Source: Candidatus Poribacteria bacterium (GTDB lineage: Bacteria > Poribacteria > WGA-4E > WGA-3G). Taken from it: DNA of 64,000 bases. The notes under the pieces were generated by a model. That model saw nothing but the letters and a program-made list of their open reading frames with translations. It was not told the origin of the DNA and did no database searches. Below are positions 31,401 through 40,690 of this stretch, one piece after another (positions within the stretch are counted from its first letter, which is position 1; every line of letters starts with the position of its first letter). The position numbers and the translations under genes are program-made. The stretch covers positions 3,584,001 through 3,648,000 of the forward strand of contig OZ240248.1 of assembly GCA_965198235.1 (NCBI GenBank), in the 5' to 3' direction.

Positions 31401-31555
31401 GTGGCGTTCATCTGCTTCGCACAGGTGTGTAGGAGTGTATCGAAAGGGGAGCTGACCGCGCCTTCGTGTGTGATGCTTTGTTGTTCGTATTGCTGCAGTG
31501 TGGCGTAGTAGTCTCGGGCTGCTTTGTGATTGGGTTTGAGGTTGAGTTGCGGCAT
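28475..31555 (-). CDS. single-chain restriction-modification enzyme (PD-(D/E)xK nuclease + N6-adenine MTase + Type ISP-like TRD)
   Basis: IDG...WEAKD nuclease motif, GIVYTP, DPFVGTGNF, GNPPY, LYRPF, YRLGNRSALEW; no helicase motifs. Confidence 0.88.
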   Translation of the reverse strand: MPQLNLKPNHKAARDYYATLQQYEQQSITHEGAVSSPFDTLLHTCAKQMNATFVPQYPMRAPKGNRIVIDGTIIDEYGLPFAYWEAKDMDDDLAKAVIDKREAGYPLDNILFQNPQRAILYQNGYEVLDLDITEPANLIAALQFLFSYTAPALDNWQTAVSDFREHVPDLASELKERIEQRHETDPDFKKAFTDFYETCRTSINPELSQDAVEEMLIQHILTERIFRTVFERSDFTRRNIIAREIENVSDVLMRQSMSRDEFLGPLNRFYVAIEQAATLCKDFSQKQHFLNTFYEKFFQGFSEDVADTHGIVYTPQPIVDFMVNSVAHILETEFSRSLSDTGVHIIDPFVGTGNFIVRLMQDIQGTALEAKYRHELHCNEVMLLPYYIASLNIEQEYFQRMGTYLPFEGIALADTFELFEGQQQHIMFTQENTERVERQKVADMFVVIGNPPYNMAQVNDSDNNRNRKYKVMDARITETYAADSKATLKNALYDPYVKAIRWASKRIREEGVIAFVTNNGFLDGMAFDGMRKHLTDDFDAIYILDLGGNVRQNPKLSGTTHNVFGIQVGVSINLFVKKNAIDTDSKPVLKTAEIFYTRVDEFWRKEEKYHYLNSKEHYQNIDWQQITPDSRYTWLTEGLHAEFDTFIPMGTKEAKAVKGAVVDVISKTYSAGVKTNRDAWVYNFDQSNLSENVQQTIEYYRLQVLRWEHRENQQANAIDFVEVDLTKIKWDRELRQHLQRGKPVEFTQDKMRVALYRPFTRSNLFFDRVLNNCVYLFPSIFPTSKTENRAICVSPPGTKLSFHTLMVNVIPDLHITGDSQCFPFYTYDEDGTNRQENITDWALAEFRTRYGDDTITKWDIFHYNYGLLHHPTYREKYQMNLKRDLPHIPFAKDFWGFATAGAALADLHVNYESAPKYDGLKYIETEGMTVDWRVEKMKLSKDKTQLVYNDFLTLDGIPAEVSEYRLGNRSALEWVVDQYRVKTDKRSRIVNDPNRESEPRYIVDLIARVITVSLKTVEIVKNLPTL

Positions 31556-31863
31556 AGGGGTATGATAGCAGGTTTGGGAGATACGTCAACGGAAAATGGC
31601 AATCAGCAATCAGCGATCTCGTAGGTTGGGTAGAGCACAGCGAAACCCAACAATTTGCTGGCAGCTATCCAAAATCTGCATCATCTGTGTCATCCGCGAT
31701 TCAGACAAACACCGGTGCGGTTAGGAAACCGCCACGTGTAGGAGCGAGCTGTGCTCGCGATGTTTCCTGATTGCTGACAGCCATCGAAAATAAAGACATG
31801 ATTTTTCATGAAATATGTGTTATACTCAAATTAATAAGCTTTTGTGGCGAATAAGGAGTTAAC

Positions 31864-32196
31864 ATGTTGAATGAAATACAAACTGCTCAAGATATATGGC
31901 CGCAACTGGCTTCTATTGTATTTGTTCCGCAGACAGAGAGTGATTATCAGTACCTCTCTGCTTTGCGAAACGACTTAATAGATCTCATCGGTGAAAACGA
32001 AAAACACCCTTTGGCTTCATTAATGGAAGTTGTTGAGGCACTCATTGAAAAATATGAGTCGGACCAAGAATCAACGGAGCGTGAAGCCTGGTATCGTCTC
32101 TCTATGCCAACCCTTGCCCGCGCGTACGGAGAGGATGAACCTGAGTACACAGCGGATATGTTAAAATGGATGAATCCAGATTATGAGGGAAAGTGA
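31864..32196 (+). CDS. putative antitoxin (HigA-like N-terminus, no HTH, acidic tail)
   Basis: LIDLIGENEKHPLASLMEVVEALIEKYE then LARAYGEDEPEY; AAGGAG RBS; overlaps the toxin gene by 14 nt. Confidence 0.7.
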   Translation: MLNEIQTAQDIWPQLASIVFVPQTESDYQYLSALRNDLIDLIGENEKHPLASLMEVVEALIEKYESDQESTEREAWYRLSMPTLARAYGEDEPEYTADMLKWMNPDYEGK

Positions 32197-32533
32197 TGTC
32201 ATTCTTGTTCCGTTGTCGCAAGCTGACGAAGAATTAAAGTATAGGCCTGCAATTGTTTTACGAGAAATGCCAATGCCTTACCGAGACCTCTTTGTTTGCG
32301 GTGTTAGTACAAATTTGAACCAGTACGTTCAAGGCTTTGATGATATTATCTCGCCTGTTGATGCTGATTTCACACGAAGCGGTTTGCATTCAGAATCTCT
32401 GATTCGGCTCAGTTTTTTGGGTGTAGTCCCGCGTCGGCTGGTGCGTGGCATACTCGGTAGCATTTCAGATGAACGGCATAAGCGTTTGTTGCAGAAGTTA
32501 ATTGATTACCTAACAAGCAATGACCTGATTTAA
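32183..32533 (+). CDS. PemK/MazF family toxin
   Basis: DVILVPL...KYRPAIVL...GVST...SGLHSESLIR. Confidence 0.82.
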   Translation: MRESDVILVPLSQADEELKYRPAIVLREMPMPYRDLFVCGVSTNLNQYVQGFDDIISPVDADFTRSGLHSESLIRLSFLGVVPRRLVRGILGSISDERHKRLLQKLIDYLTSNDLI

Positions 32534-32686
32534 CATATCGCCCCTATAGGGATAGAACCTTGGATGTCGCCCCTCTGGGGCTTTGTTTTTTGGATATGTG
32601 TTTCTACATAGATGCCGCCCTTACAGGGCTCAAGGGTTAGGAAGGATGCGTTTCTATTCTCGGAGGTGCAAACGGAAAACCACACA

Positions 32687-33544
32687 ATGCGCAATACCAA
32701 ACTCGAACCCCGCACAAAAATCCTGATGATGCTCATCAGCGGAGGCCTTGTCATTCTGCTGGACAGCCCGACGGCACTGCTCGTCTGTTTTGTTGGGAGC
32801 CTCGCGTTGGTCGCACTCTCCGTCCCGACGTGGCGGCAGATCGGGTTGCTCTGCGCTTTCCTCTTCTTTACGACGTGGGGTTTGATTTACAGCCAAGCGA
32901 TCTTCTATAACGAATTTCCGCGCACCGTGCTGTTCACACTCGTGCCTGCGGAGCTACCGCTGATTGGGAAGATGACGGGCGGTATCCGTGTCTATCGAGA
33001 AGGGCTGTTCCACGGAATCGTCCAATCCCTCCGTTTCAATACGACACTCGTCATTGGGTGCTTTATCATCTGGACGACGCAACCGCGTGATCTGCTCCTC
33101 GCATTGACGCAATTGCGTGTGCCAGCGACCCTCGCTTTTATGGTGACGACGGCGTTGCATTTCATCCCTGTGATTGCGAATGAGGCGGCGACTGTGTTCC
33201 GTTCGCAGAGGTTAAGGGGCTTCCGTTATCTCCGTCTGAATCTTTTAGCAACCTGCCGTGGCGTTCTCAACAGTTTCCGTCCTATCTTGGCGGGGAACAT
33301 CCGGCACGCGACACACCTCGGCGAATCCGTTGAAAGCCGCGGGTTCTCGCCAGAAATGGCGGCGCGACGCACTTCGCTGCGGGCTTTGAAGATGGGTGCT
33401 TGGGATTTCAGCCTGCTCGCGGTGTTATCTGTCTGTTTGATCGGTGTCGTTGGGTTGAAGCTACTCTATTTCTGCTATGCGAACGGCATCTATTACGCGT
33501 CGTGGTTGAGGCATGCGTATACTTTCACCCGTGAGGTGTTGTAG
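32687..33544 (+). CDS. energy-coupling factor transporter transmembrane component (EcfT)
   Basis: TTQPRDL, ALHFIP, QRLRG and ESRGF coupling-helix motifs. Confidence 0.85.
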   Translation: MRNTKLEPRTKILMMLISGGLVILLDSPTALLVCFVGSLALVALSVPTWRQIGLLCAFLFFTTWGLIYSQAIFYNEFPRTVLFTLVPAELPLIGKMTGGIRVYREGLFHGIVQSLRFNTTLVIGCFIIWTTQPRDLLLALTQLRVPATLAFMVTTALHFIPVIANEAATVFRSQRLRGFRYLRLNLLATCRGVLNSFRPILAGNIRHATHLGESVESRGFSPEMAARRTSLRALKMGAWDFSLLAVLSVCLIGVVGLKLLYFCYANGIYYASWLRHAYTFTREVL

Positions 33545-33546
33545 CG

Positions 33547-34068
33547 TTAGCGTCCGACTTCCCACGCCAGATGTTGCAATTCCGGTCCAATCAACTTTTC
33601 CCATGCTAATTGCACTGCCGCAGTCGAACCGGGTGTAGAGATCACCACTTTTCCGCGATAGACACCCGCTGTCGCTCGTGAGAGCATCGCCGCGGCACCG
33701 ACCTGATCGTAGCTGAACATCCGAAAGAGTTCGCCGAATCCCGGTAAGGTCTTTTCCAATGTACGATCGAGAATGTCAAAAGTGGTGTCACGTGGGGCGA
33801 TGCCGGTGCCACCATTGAAGAGGATAACCTGTGCATCGCTTTCCGCCATTTTATCTAATACTGCGGCGACTTGGTCGGGTTCATCTTTTATGATTTGATA
33901 TGCAGCGACGCTGTTTCCCTCTGCCGCGAGTTGTTCGCGTAGAAATGCGGCGTTTTTATCTGTTTCAGGGGTGCGCGTGTCACTCACGGTGACAATCGCG
34001 ACGGCGACGGGTCCCTGTTCGGTTGCCATTTCTCGGTGTTGTTGTGTACTTGTAGAAGTTGTTGACAT
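33547..34068 (-). CDS. moaB: molybdenum cofactor biosynthesis protein MoaB/MogA
   Basis: [37 protein letters not shown]. Confidence 0.9.
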   Translation of the reverse strand: MSTTSTSTQQHREMATEQGPVAVAIVTVSDTRTPETDKNAAFLREQLAAEGNSVAAYQIIKDEPDQVAAVLDKMAESDAQVILFNGGTGIAPRDTTFDILDRTLEKTLPGFGELFRMFSYDQVGAAAMLSRATAGVYRGKVVISTPGSTAAVQLAWEKLIGPELQHLAWEVGR

Positions 34069-34104
34069 TATGTTGTCGTCTCCTCTTGATGGTTAACTTT
34101 TCGG

Positions 34105-34365
34105 TCAGTTTTGGTCCCGTGATATTGGGACATCCGGTAAGGAAAACTTTAGCGTAGCATTCGGTCTCTTATCGATGTAACTGTGAGGAGCCACATCGCC
34201 TGACACCGCGGGATCGATAAGTTCAATATAATAGTCTGTTATTTTGGGACTGCCGAGGTGAATCCACGCCTCTATTCCCGCGATAAAGCGGTCAACAAGT
34301 TGCGGATTGCCGTAGGCATCCACACGGTTCTCTGGTTTAGGCTCGCGTATGGACAGAGGAACACA
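34105..34365 (-). pseudogene. probable C-terminal gene fragment (methyltransferase-tail-like)
   Basis: Protein-like ORF piece (AYGNPQLVDRFIAGIEAWIHLGSP) with no convincing start or RBS, abutting a heptamer repeat at its 5' end. Confidence 0.35.
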
Positions 34366-34393
34366 TAACTGACAACTGAGGACTGATAACTAA

Positions 34394-36604
34394 TTACTGG
34401 TTCGGGTAGGTTCTATTGAGATGTTTCGGCATTGTGAAGAAGCGTCCGCCCGTCTGTGCTGCGAGGGTTTTCTGAAAATCTGTGGGACCCGGATGTCCGA
34501 TAACATAAGCACGGATGCCTAACGACTGACACAGCCTGAGTGCGCGTTCGGGCGGATATTTTCCAGTCGTCGGTTCGTCTGTCAGAATGAGCAGGAATCG
34601 GCTTGCATACGGACTGAATTTAACTTTCGGCACCCCTTCCACAATTGCATCGATGAGGTGTTCGTCTCCGCCAAATGGGTCTTCCATGTAGCTTTCCAAC
34701 ATGGATTCGTTGAGCGGCATTTGCGTTACGACGGCGCCGTTAATGATTTTGATGGTATCCTTCGCCTCCGCGAAACGGATGAGCCCAATCCGATATTTAA
34801 TTGGCAGGATGTCTAACCTACCGATAAGCGTGCTTAAACCGAGCATAATCGCTTCGGATTTGCCTCCCATACTCCGACTGTAATCGAGCATCACCACAAT
34901 GTCCACGACAGGTTCAAATCCCCTCACTGCGGTGTCAGGAGATGCACTGGGTGCTGCCCCGTCGTAGATGTTCAATCGGTTCTTTTCATTTCGGATAGTA
35001 TACATGCGACGACGGGTTGGGTCGTTTATGAGCCATCTGTTGCCGCGCTTTTGCGTCATTGCCGTGAGATTGTTAGAGAGATTCCAGCTTTCAGGGTAGA
35101 TACCAGCGAAAACGTTCAGTTTATTACCCTGTTTACGGATGGTGTAGATACGACCATTTGTATAATCGGTGATCACCCACAAATCCCCCTTCTGTTTCTC
35201 CCAGACCATGGAACTCCCAAACAGGTTGTCGGCACCGGCTATAGAGACACCGTTTTTCCTGAATTCGCGTTGCAATTTTTTGATTGGGACATCGCCATCT
35301 TCAAGTAGCACCTCGAATTGAGACTCCATACTGAATAGCAATCGCCCCCCGTTTCGGCGAATATCCTTGACAATGTCCCGAAATACCTGCATAAATGCTT
35401 CATTGGCGACACGATCACTTGGAAGCGTGCTTGCCTTACCGAAACCTCCCGGAATGGGCTGCCAGAGTCCATCTGTCATTTCTGCTAACTCTTGTTGAAA
35501 CGGTTCTGGAACTCCGAGGACGTTGACATGGATATCCTGAAGCTGATATTCTTTGATAACCTTTTCCCGCATCGTTGTATAAGCACCGTCCCTTTTAAAA
35601 GCGGTCGTTGCGGGTTCGTCGGTTACGAGGATGATGTATTGGTCGGCATCAGCGTGGAAGTCGATACGGTAGGGTGTATCCATGAGTGCGTCGAGCGCAT
35701 GCTCATCTCCGCTGAGTGTGGCTTTTTGCATCCGTCTGCGCAGCATGGCGACATCGGGTAACAGCGTGCGGATCTCCAGTCTTTGACCTTCGTGCCTGAC
35801 ACTGAATTCCGACATGCCGAGGTGATACTCCAAATTGACGAGATCAAACGCATCGACCATAGCAAACAGGTTTGCGGCGATTTCTTGTATATTATCACGC
35901 ATGCTCGCGCTCGTGTCGAGTACAAAGACGACGTTCACCTTGTCCAACTCCCGTGTTCCGATGATGTGATCGGCGATACGTTTGAGTGCTTTAGCGAACG
36001 GGTTGTTCTCTCCATTGCCGGTTCCTTCGCCTTTGTCGTCTCCATCACCGTCCCCGATAATTCCAATTTCAGAGGCACCCGTGGATTCGAGTCTATGAAA
36101 TCCGCCACCGCCGTCGCCTTTGACGCGTTGCCGCAAGCTATCTACACCTGCGCCTGCGGTGGTCTGAAATGGACTTGCAACCTCTTCTGCGATCGGTGTT
36201 TCTCGGCTATTGATCCGTTTTGCGTCCGTGGTCACATCGGGGAGTGTCGTTTCAAGGTCAGACACGGATCTCGTTGCGCTGTGTAGGAGTGCCTCCTCCG
36301 ATTGTCGCATGGTTTCATCAATTAAATTTGCGGAAGCCATGAGGTCGAGATGCCGTTGGTTTGTTTCAGTAGACGGATCTGTGTGCTGTGGCGTTCGTAG
36401 TTTTTTGGGTGGCGGTGGTTTGAGGGTGCGCCGTTGTTCCCGAAAGGCTTCTGGCTTGATGAGTTCCACCGCCAGCGCGTCTTCACCCCTGTTCTGCCTT
36501 TGGGTATAGAACGAGAACATAAAGGTGATGGCGAGACAGAGATGTAAGATGCTTGAAAAAAGCAGTGCGCGCATGGAACGGTGTCGCCTGTAGGAACGGT
36601 TCAT
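34394..36604 (-). CDS. membrane-anchored protein with two vWA domains
   Basis: N-terminal TM, Pro/Gly-rich linker, two MIDAS motifs (DTSASM, DYSRSM), each followed by GDEH and TDEP. Confidence 0.85.
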   Translation of the reverse strand: MNRSYRRHRSMRALLFSSILHLCLAITFMFSFYTQRQNRGEDALAVELIKPEAFREQRRTLKPPPPKKLRTPQHTDPSTETNQRHLDLMASANLIDETMRQSEEALLHSATRSVSDLETTLPDVTTDAKRINSRETPIAEEVASPFQTTAGAGVDSLRQRVKGDGGGGFHRLESTGASEIGIIGDGDGDDKGEGTGNGENNPFAKALKRIADHIIGTRELDKVNVVFVLDTSASMRDNIQEIAANLFAMVDAFDLVNLEYHLGMSEFSVRHEGQRLEIRTLLPDVAMLRRRMQKATLSGDEHALDALMDTPYRIDFHADADQYIILVTDEPATTAFKRDGAYTTMREKVIKEYQLQDIHVNVLGVPEPFQQELAEMTDGLWQPIPGGFGKASTLPSDRVANEAFMQVFRDIVKDIRRNGGRLLFSMESQFEVLLEDGDVPIKKLQREFRKNGVSIAGADNLFGSSMVWEKQKGDLWVITDYTNGRIYTIRKQGNKLNVFAGIYPESWNLSNNLTAMTQKRGNRWLINDPTRRRMYTIRNEKNRLNIYDGAAPSASPDTAVRGFEPVVDIVVMLDYSRSMGGKSEAIMLGLSTLIGRLDILPIKYRIGLIRFAEAKDTIKIINGAVVTQMPLNESMLESYMEDPFGGDEHLIDAIVEGVPKVKFSPYASRFLLILTDEPTTGKYPPERALRLCQSLGIRAYVIGHPGPTDFQKTLAAQTGGRFFTMPKHLNRTYPNQ

Positions 36605-36656
36605 GATGTTTTCTCCATTTTGATATAGGTCTGTTTATCCCTCAATCCGATTAGTT

Positions 36657-37679
36657 TTATCGGGTATTCTGTTTAATTTTCACATCTCCCCATGTCGTGG
36701 TTAGCAATTTGGGTTGTGGTGAAACGGGCAACGCATACGCAGGATCAAACCAATCCCCGCCAGAATTCGCTTGAAAAACGTGGGCAATGTGGGTCAATTG
36801 GGTCCGAACGCCACTATTCACGTCAATTTTGAAGATTTGCAGAAAACCGTTAACTTCTTGTGTATAAAGGACGTGTTCTCCATTTGGCGATAGCGCAGGA
36901 CTTTCTGCCATAGGACCCGCTTCATTGACAAGCTGCCGGAGACCCGTGCCATCACTGTTTACAATGAAGATAGTCTGCTTATCGTCCCACCCCGGAGGGA
37001 ACGGATCACCCCGCACCCACCCCGGTGGTAATGGAGGGACCTTATACCCAGAAAAGGCGATTTTGGCACCCTCAGCAGACCAAAACGGATCGAGTTGCCA
37101 AGCCGCGGCTTTCCTTGATAAGGGGCGTTTTTGTTTTCCTGTGCGGACGTTGATAATCGTAAGTCGGGCCAATATAGAGCAGGCGATTTCAGTCCCATCA
37201 GGCGACCACGCTGGATTATGAGCATCCATAATGAGTTCCTCCTCTTTTTCTTCTCCAAGCGTAGCGATGTAGATAGGGTACTCGTCAACGTCCCAGCGTA
37301 AGTGCATGTAAGCAATCTGTTTGCCATCGGGTGACCACGCTGGTCTTCCTCTAAGAACTTCCTTCTTAAAAACGCGTCGGACCTTGGTGCCATCAGGATC
37401 CATAAGGTACAGGTCTCGAACGCCATCGCGATCGGAGATGAAAAGGATTTGCTCGCCGGTTGGAGACCAGACAGCGCTCAGATCATTTGCGGGGTGCTGT
37501 GTTAGTCTCACCTGTTCAGAGCCGTCCGGATTCATCATGTAGACTTCGCGATTGCCGTCCCGTGCGGAGGTAAACAGGATTTTAGGGGTTGTCGGTGCTT
37601 TTGCGCAAAGCGGAGAAACGCTTACATTGAGCACTAACAGGATAGATATGGCAAAAACTAACAACCGTATCGTTTTCAT
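36657..37679 (-). CDS. secreted TolB-like (PD40 repeat) protein with lineage-specific C-terminal tail
   Basis: Signal peptide, WSPDG repeats, ends PVSPQPKLLTTTWGDVK. Confidence 0.85.
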   Translation of the reverse strand: MKTIRLLVFAISILLVLNVSVSPLCAKAPTTPKILFTSARDGNREVYMMNPDGSEQVRLTQHPANDLSAVWSPTGEQILFISDRDGVRDLYLMDPDGTKVRRVFKKEVLRGRPAWSPDGKQIAYMHLRWDVDEYPIYIATLGEEKEEELIMDAHNPAWSPDGTEIACSILARLTIINVRTGKQKRPLSRKAAAWQLDPFWSAEGAKIAFSGYKVPPLPPGWVRGDPFPPGWDDKQTIFIVNSDGTGLRQLVNEAGPMAESPALSPNGEHVLYTQEVNGFLQIFKIDVNSGVRTQLTHIAHVFQANSGGDWFDPAYALPVSPQPKLLTTTWGDVKIKQNTR

Positions 37680-38140
37680 AAAGCGTAACCCAAGAAATCA
37701 AAATGAGTTTCTGTAGTATATGTAGAGAGAGGGATAATCGGTGTTTTCCGGAATTCAGGTTATTATATCATGTAAAACGGAGTTGATCAAATTAAAGTTG
37801 ACAAAATTGATGCATTCTGCTAAAATTATAGAAATTCGGTTGTTTTGCACTTTTTTCTTGCAATTCATATTTGAAAAGTGCTATAATTTATTTTGTGTAT
37901 TCTATCAACTTCCCGGGGTGACGTATACTACCTCGCGGAAGATCGAAGGAAGAATCGCACCGCTGACGGAAACCGACATCGGTTTACCGGTGAGATGTCA
38001 GCATTAAAAAGCGTGATTTGCACGCAGTACTGCTATCACCAATAGTAAAATCTGATGAGGTGATGGGATTTTGGGAAGCGCGCTTCTTGCTCAAAAAACT
38101 CTGAACCTTAGTGTATATTGAAAAAGGAGATTTCATAGCT

Positions 38141-38863
38141 ATGAAAAAATTCACAATCTTTATCACACTTGTCTGCGCTGTCATGATTTCGCCGATGGCA
38201 TTCGCGCAAAATTGGCAGCCGGCAGGTGATAATTGGATTGGAAAATGGTGGGGACTCGACCTCGTCACGAGTACGGGTGGTTTTAACACATCCGCAACAA
38301 TTGACTACCTCGCGGAAGGCAGCGGCGGTTTGATTTCAAACGCCTCCGTCTCCACGCCCGACGGTGCTGGAAAGACAGCGAATGCCATCGTGAACCTCCC
38401 AGATAACGGTGGCTCACTCGCTTGGTCGATTGTCGACATCAATACCGAAGACCAGCTGAATATGTCCACAAGCCACGGTATCCCTGATGGACGAGACATC
38501 ACATGGCACGGTCTCATCGTCGTTATTTCACCGGATGCCCGGACGACCGTGATGCATCCCGCACACGATGATTACGCCCAAATCTGGATCAACGGCGAAC
38601 AGGTCTATGACAATTCCAGGTGGACAGGAGGCGTTCGCGCAGTCCATACACCGACAGAGATTCAATTCAAGAAGGGTGAGAATTTCTTGCACTTTAAATG
38701 TGGTGAATCGGGCGGCGCGGATTATGTTAACCTCCGCTTTGAGCCTACCGACACCGATCTTCTCATCGCACCCACAAAGGATAATCTCTTCTTGGATGTG
38801 CTTACGCCAGTCGAGCCGAAAGGCAAGTTGGCGACGCAATGGGCAGATCTCAAGCGTCAGTAA
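38141..38863 (+). CDS. secreted beta-sandwich (PA14-like) protein with lineage-specific C-terminal tail
   Basis: AAGGAG RBS, signal peptide ending AFA, HDDYAQIWING, ends PVEPKGKLATQWADLKRQ. Confidence 0.75.
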   Translation: MKKFTIFITLVCAVMISPMAFAQNWQPAGDNWIGKWWGLDLVTSTGGFNTSATIDYLAEGSGGLISNASVSTPDGAGKTANAIVNLPDNGGSLAWSIVDINTEDQLNMSTSHGIPDGRDITWHGLIVVISPDARTTVMHPAHDDYAQIWINGEQVYDNSRWTGGVRAVHTPTEIQFKKGENFLHFKCGESGGADYVNLRFEPTDTDLLIAPTKDNLFLDVLTPVEPKGKLATQWADLKRQ

Positions 38864-38878
38864 TTTCTATTGTTAGCG

Positions 38879-38913
38879 AAAAACCCGTGTCCGAGTTAGG
38901 ATGCGGGTTTTTT
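38879..38913. terminator. intrinsic terminator
   Basis: aaaaacccgtgtcc-loop-ggatgcgggtttttt. Confidence 0.75.
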
Positions 38914-38939
38914 GTTGTCTACTTTTATTTATTATCGTT

Positions 38940-40589
38940 TTACTCTTCTGACTCTACAATCGTCAAAATCTGGTTGATAGAGATGTCTCGCGATTCTTGT
39001 AGGGTCCCGCTTTGCCAGGCGATGCTCACTTTCTCAACACCCTGATTTTCTCCCAAGCCGAACAACAATCGCGTATCGCTTCCTGATGCGTAGCTTGAAC
39101 CGCTCTTGACTTCCCTTATCTGCGTCATATCTCCTGTCGTGACCGTGACCTTCGCGCCGATCCCGTCACGGTTGCTTTGCGTTCCGACCAGTTTAATGCT
39201 CAGATAGTTTCTCCGGTTCCCGCCATCGTTCCGAAGCAGGACTGCACGCTGATTGGAATTCATGATAACAATATCGGAATCGCCGTCGTTGTCGTAGTCG
39301 GCAGTCGCGGCGGCTCTGCCAACAAGGGGTTCCGAGAAATATGTTCCGGCGGATGCGGAGACATCGGTGTAGGTGCCGTCGCCGTTATTTTCAAAGATCT
39401 GGTCGCGTTGGGCATAGGTTTCATTGCCCCCCAAGATTTCAACGACATCTTGGGGGTGTCCGTTTGCACAGAACATGTCGAGGTGTCCATCGTTATCGTA
39501 ATCCAGAAAAAGCGGACTAAAACCGACAAACGGGAGTGTCGGTTGCTCCAATCCACTGTCCGCGGTGGCATCGGCAAAGAAGAGTCCTTCCTCATTTTTA
39601 TAGAGTGTTGCCTTCTCCGAATTTGCAACGATCAGATCGAACCATCCATCGCCGTTGTAGTCTGCGCAATCTATCCCCATGGAACCTTCAGCGACACCTC
39701 TATCGTCGTAACCCACGCCGATGAAGATGCTTTCATCCGTAAAGGTGCCATCACCGTTGTTATGATAGAGGAAATTTCTATTGGTATCGTTGGCGACGTA
39801 AATATCGGGCAACCCGTCTTGATCGTAGTCCCAAGCGACGGCTGCCATACCCCGTCCCTCGACGGGATTTGTCACGCCTGCTGTCTCGGCAATGTTCGTG
39901 AAGGTGCCGTCGCCGTTGTTTCGGTAGAGTACATCGGGCGTTCCCTTGTAGCTACGCGGATGCCCGTAGCCGACAATACCTTTGTAGGTCGATACCGGCA
40001 TTGACAACGCATACACCAGATAGTTGACGACGAAGATGTCCAAGTCGCCATCCACATCGAAATCGAAATAGACCGCGGCGATACCCCAAAGTGTATTATC
40101 AATACCAGCGGATTCTGTGATGTCGGTAAAGGTACCGTCTCCATCGTTTCGGTAGAGTTTATCCTGCCCAAAGTTGGCGACATAGAGGTCGAGATCGCCG
40201 TCGTTGTCGATATCCGCCGCAGATGCCGCCATCCCGTATCCTGTATCCCCTGTTCCTGAGATTTCGGTGACATCCGTGAAGGTGCCATCGCCTTCGTTTC
40301 GGTAGAGGACGTTACCGAGTGGTTGCTGGTTCTCTTGAGGAACGCTACCACTGTTAACGAAATAGAGGTCGGGATCGCCATCGGTGTCGTAATCGAAGAA
40401 GACTGTGCCGGAACCCATGGTCTCGATGATATACTTGTGTTCGGTTGCACCGCTGCTATGTTTGAAGTGGATACCTGCTTCTTCGGTGACATCCACGAAG
40501 ATAGGGGATTGCGAAGCGGCGTTGCCTACGGTTAGCAGAAGGAATAGGAGTGCCTGTAAAAACGATTTCGGATTCGGATTCTTTAGCAT
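38940..40589 (-). CDS. CRTAC1 family protein (FG-GAP repeats + ASPIC/UnbV)
   Basis: Repeated DxDxDGDxD and LYRNxGDGTF; C-terminal SNRDGIGAKV...LLFGLG; the start may extend to 40655. Confidence 0.9.
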   Translation of the reverse strand: MLKNPNPKSFLQALLFLLLTVGNAASQSPIFVDVTEEAGIHFKHSSGATEHKYIIETMGSGTVFFDYDTDGDPDLYFVNSGSVPQENQQPLGNVLYRNEGDGTFTDVTEISGTGDTGYGMAASAADIDNDGDLDLYVANFGQDKLYRNDGDGTFTDITESAGIDNTLWGIAAVYFDFDVDGDLDIFVVNYLVYALSMPVSTYKGIVGYGHPRSYKGTPDVLYRNNGDGTFTNIAETAGVTNPVEGRGMAAVAWDYDQDGLPDIYVANDTNRNFLYHNNGDGTFTDESIFIGVGYDDRGVAEGSMGIDCADYNGDGWFDLIVANSEKATLYKNEEGLFFADATADSGLEQPTLPFVGFSPLFLDYDNDGHLDMFCANGHPQDVVEILGGNETYAQRDQIFENNGDGTYTDVSASAGTYFSEPLVGRAAATADYDNDGDSDIVIMNSNQRAVLLRNDGGNRRNYLSIKLVGTQSNRDGIGAKVTVTTGDMTQIREVKSGSSYASGSDTRLLFGLGENQGVEKVSIAWQSGTLQESRDISINQILTIVESEE

Positions 40590-40690
40590 TGTGTCACTGG
40601 GCGAGGTTTCATGAAATTCCTGTTTGTAGTAGGGAGACCATTCATTGCCCGTCAATTACCGAATTATTTTTTATCTTTATCTAATCTCGC

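Noticed and set aside
37926-37945. ~15-nt match actacctcgcggaag between the leader and the downstream CDS (about 38304)
   Set aside because: A single short match with no extension; probably chance
38050-38075. CTGATGAG as a hammerhead ribozyme core
   Set aside because: There is no following stem II and GAAA, and no suitable cleavage triplet geometry
39177-40004. Long antisense ORFs (also 18637..19371, 54748..55404, 46863..47444)
   Set aside because: They are shadows of well-supported genes on the opposite strand, with no motifs or RBS
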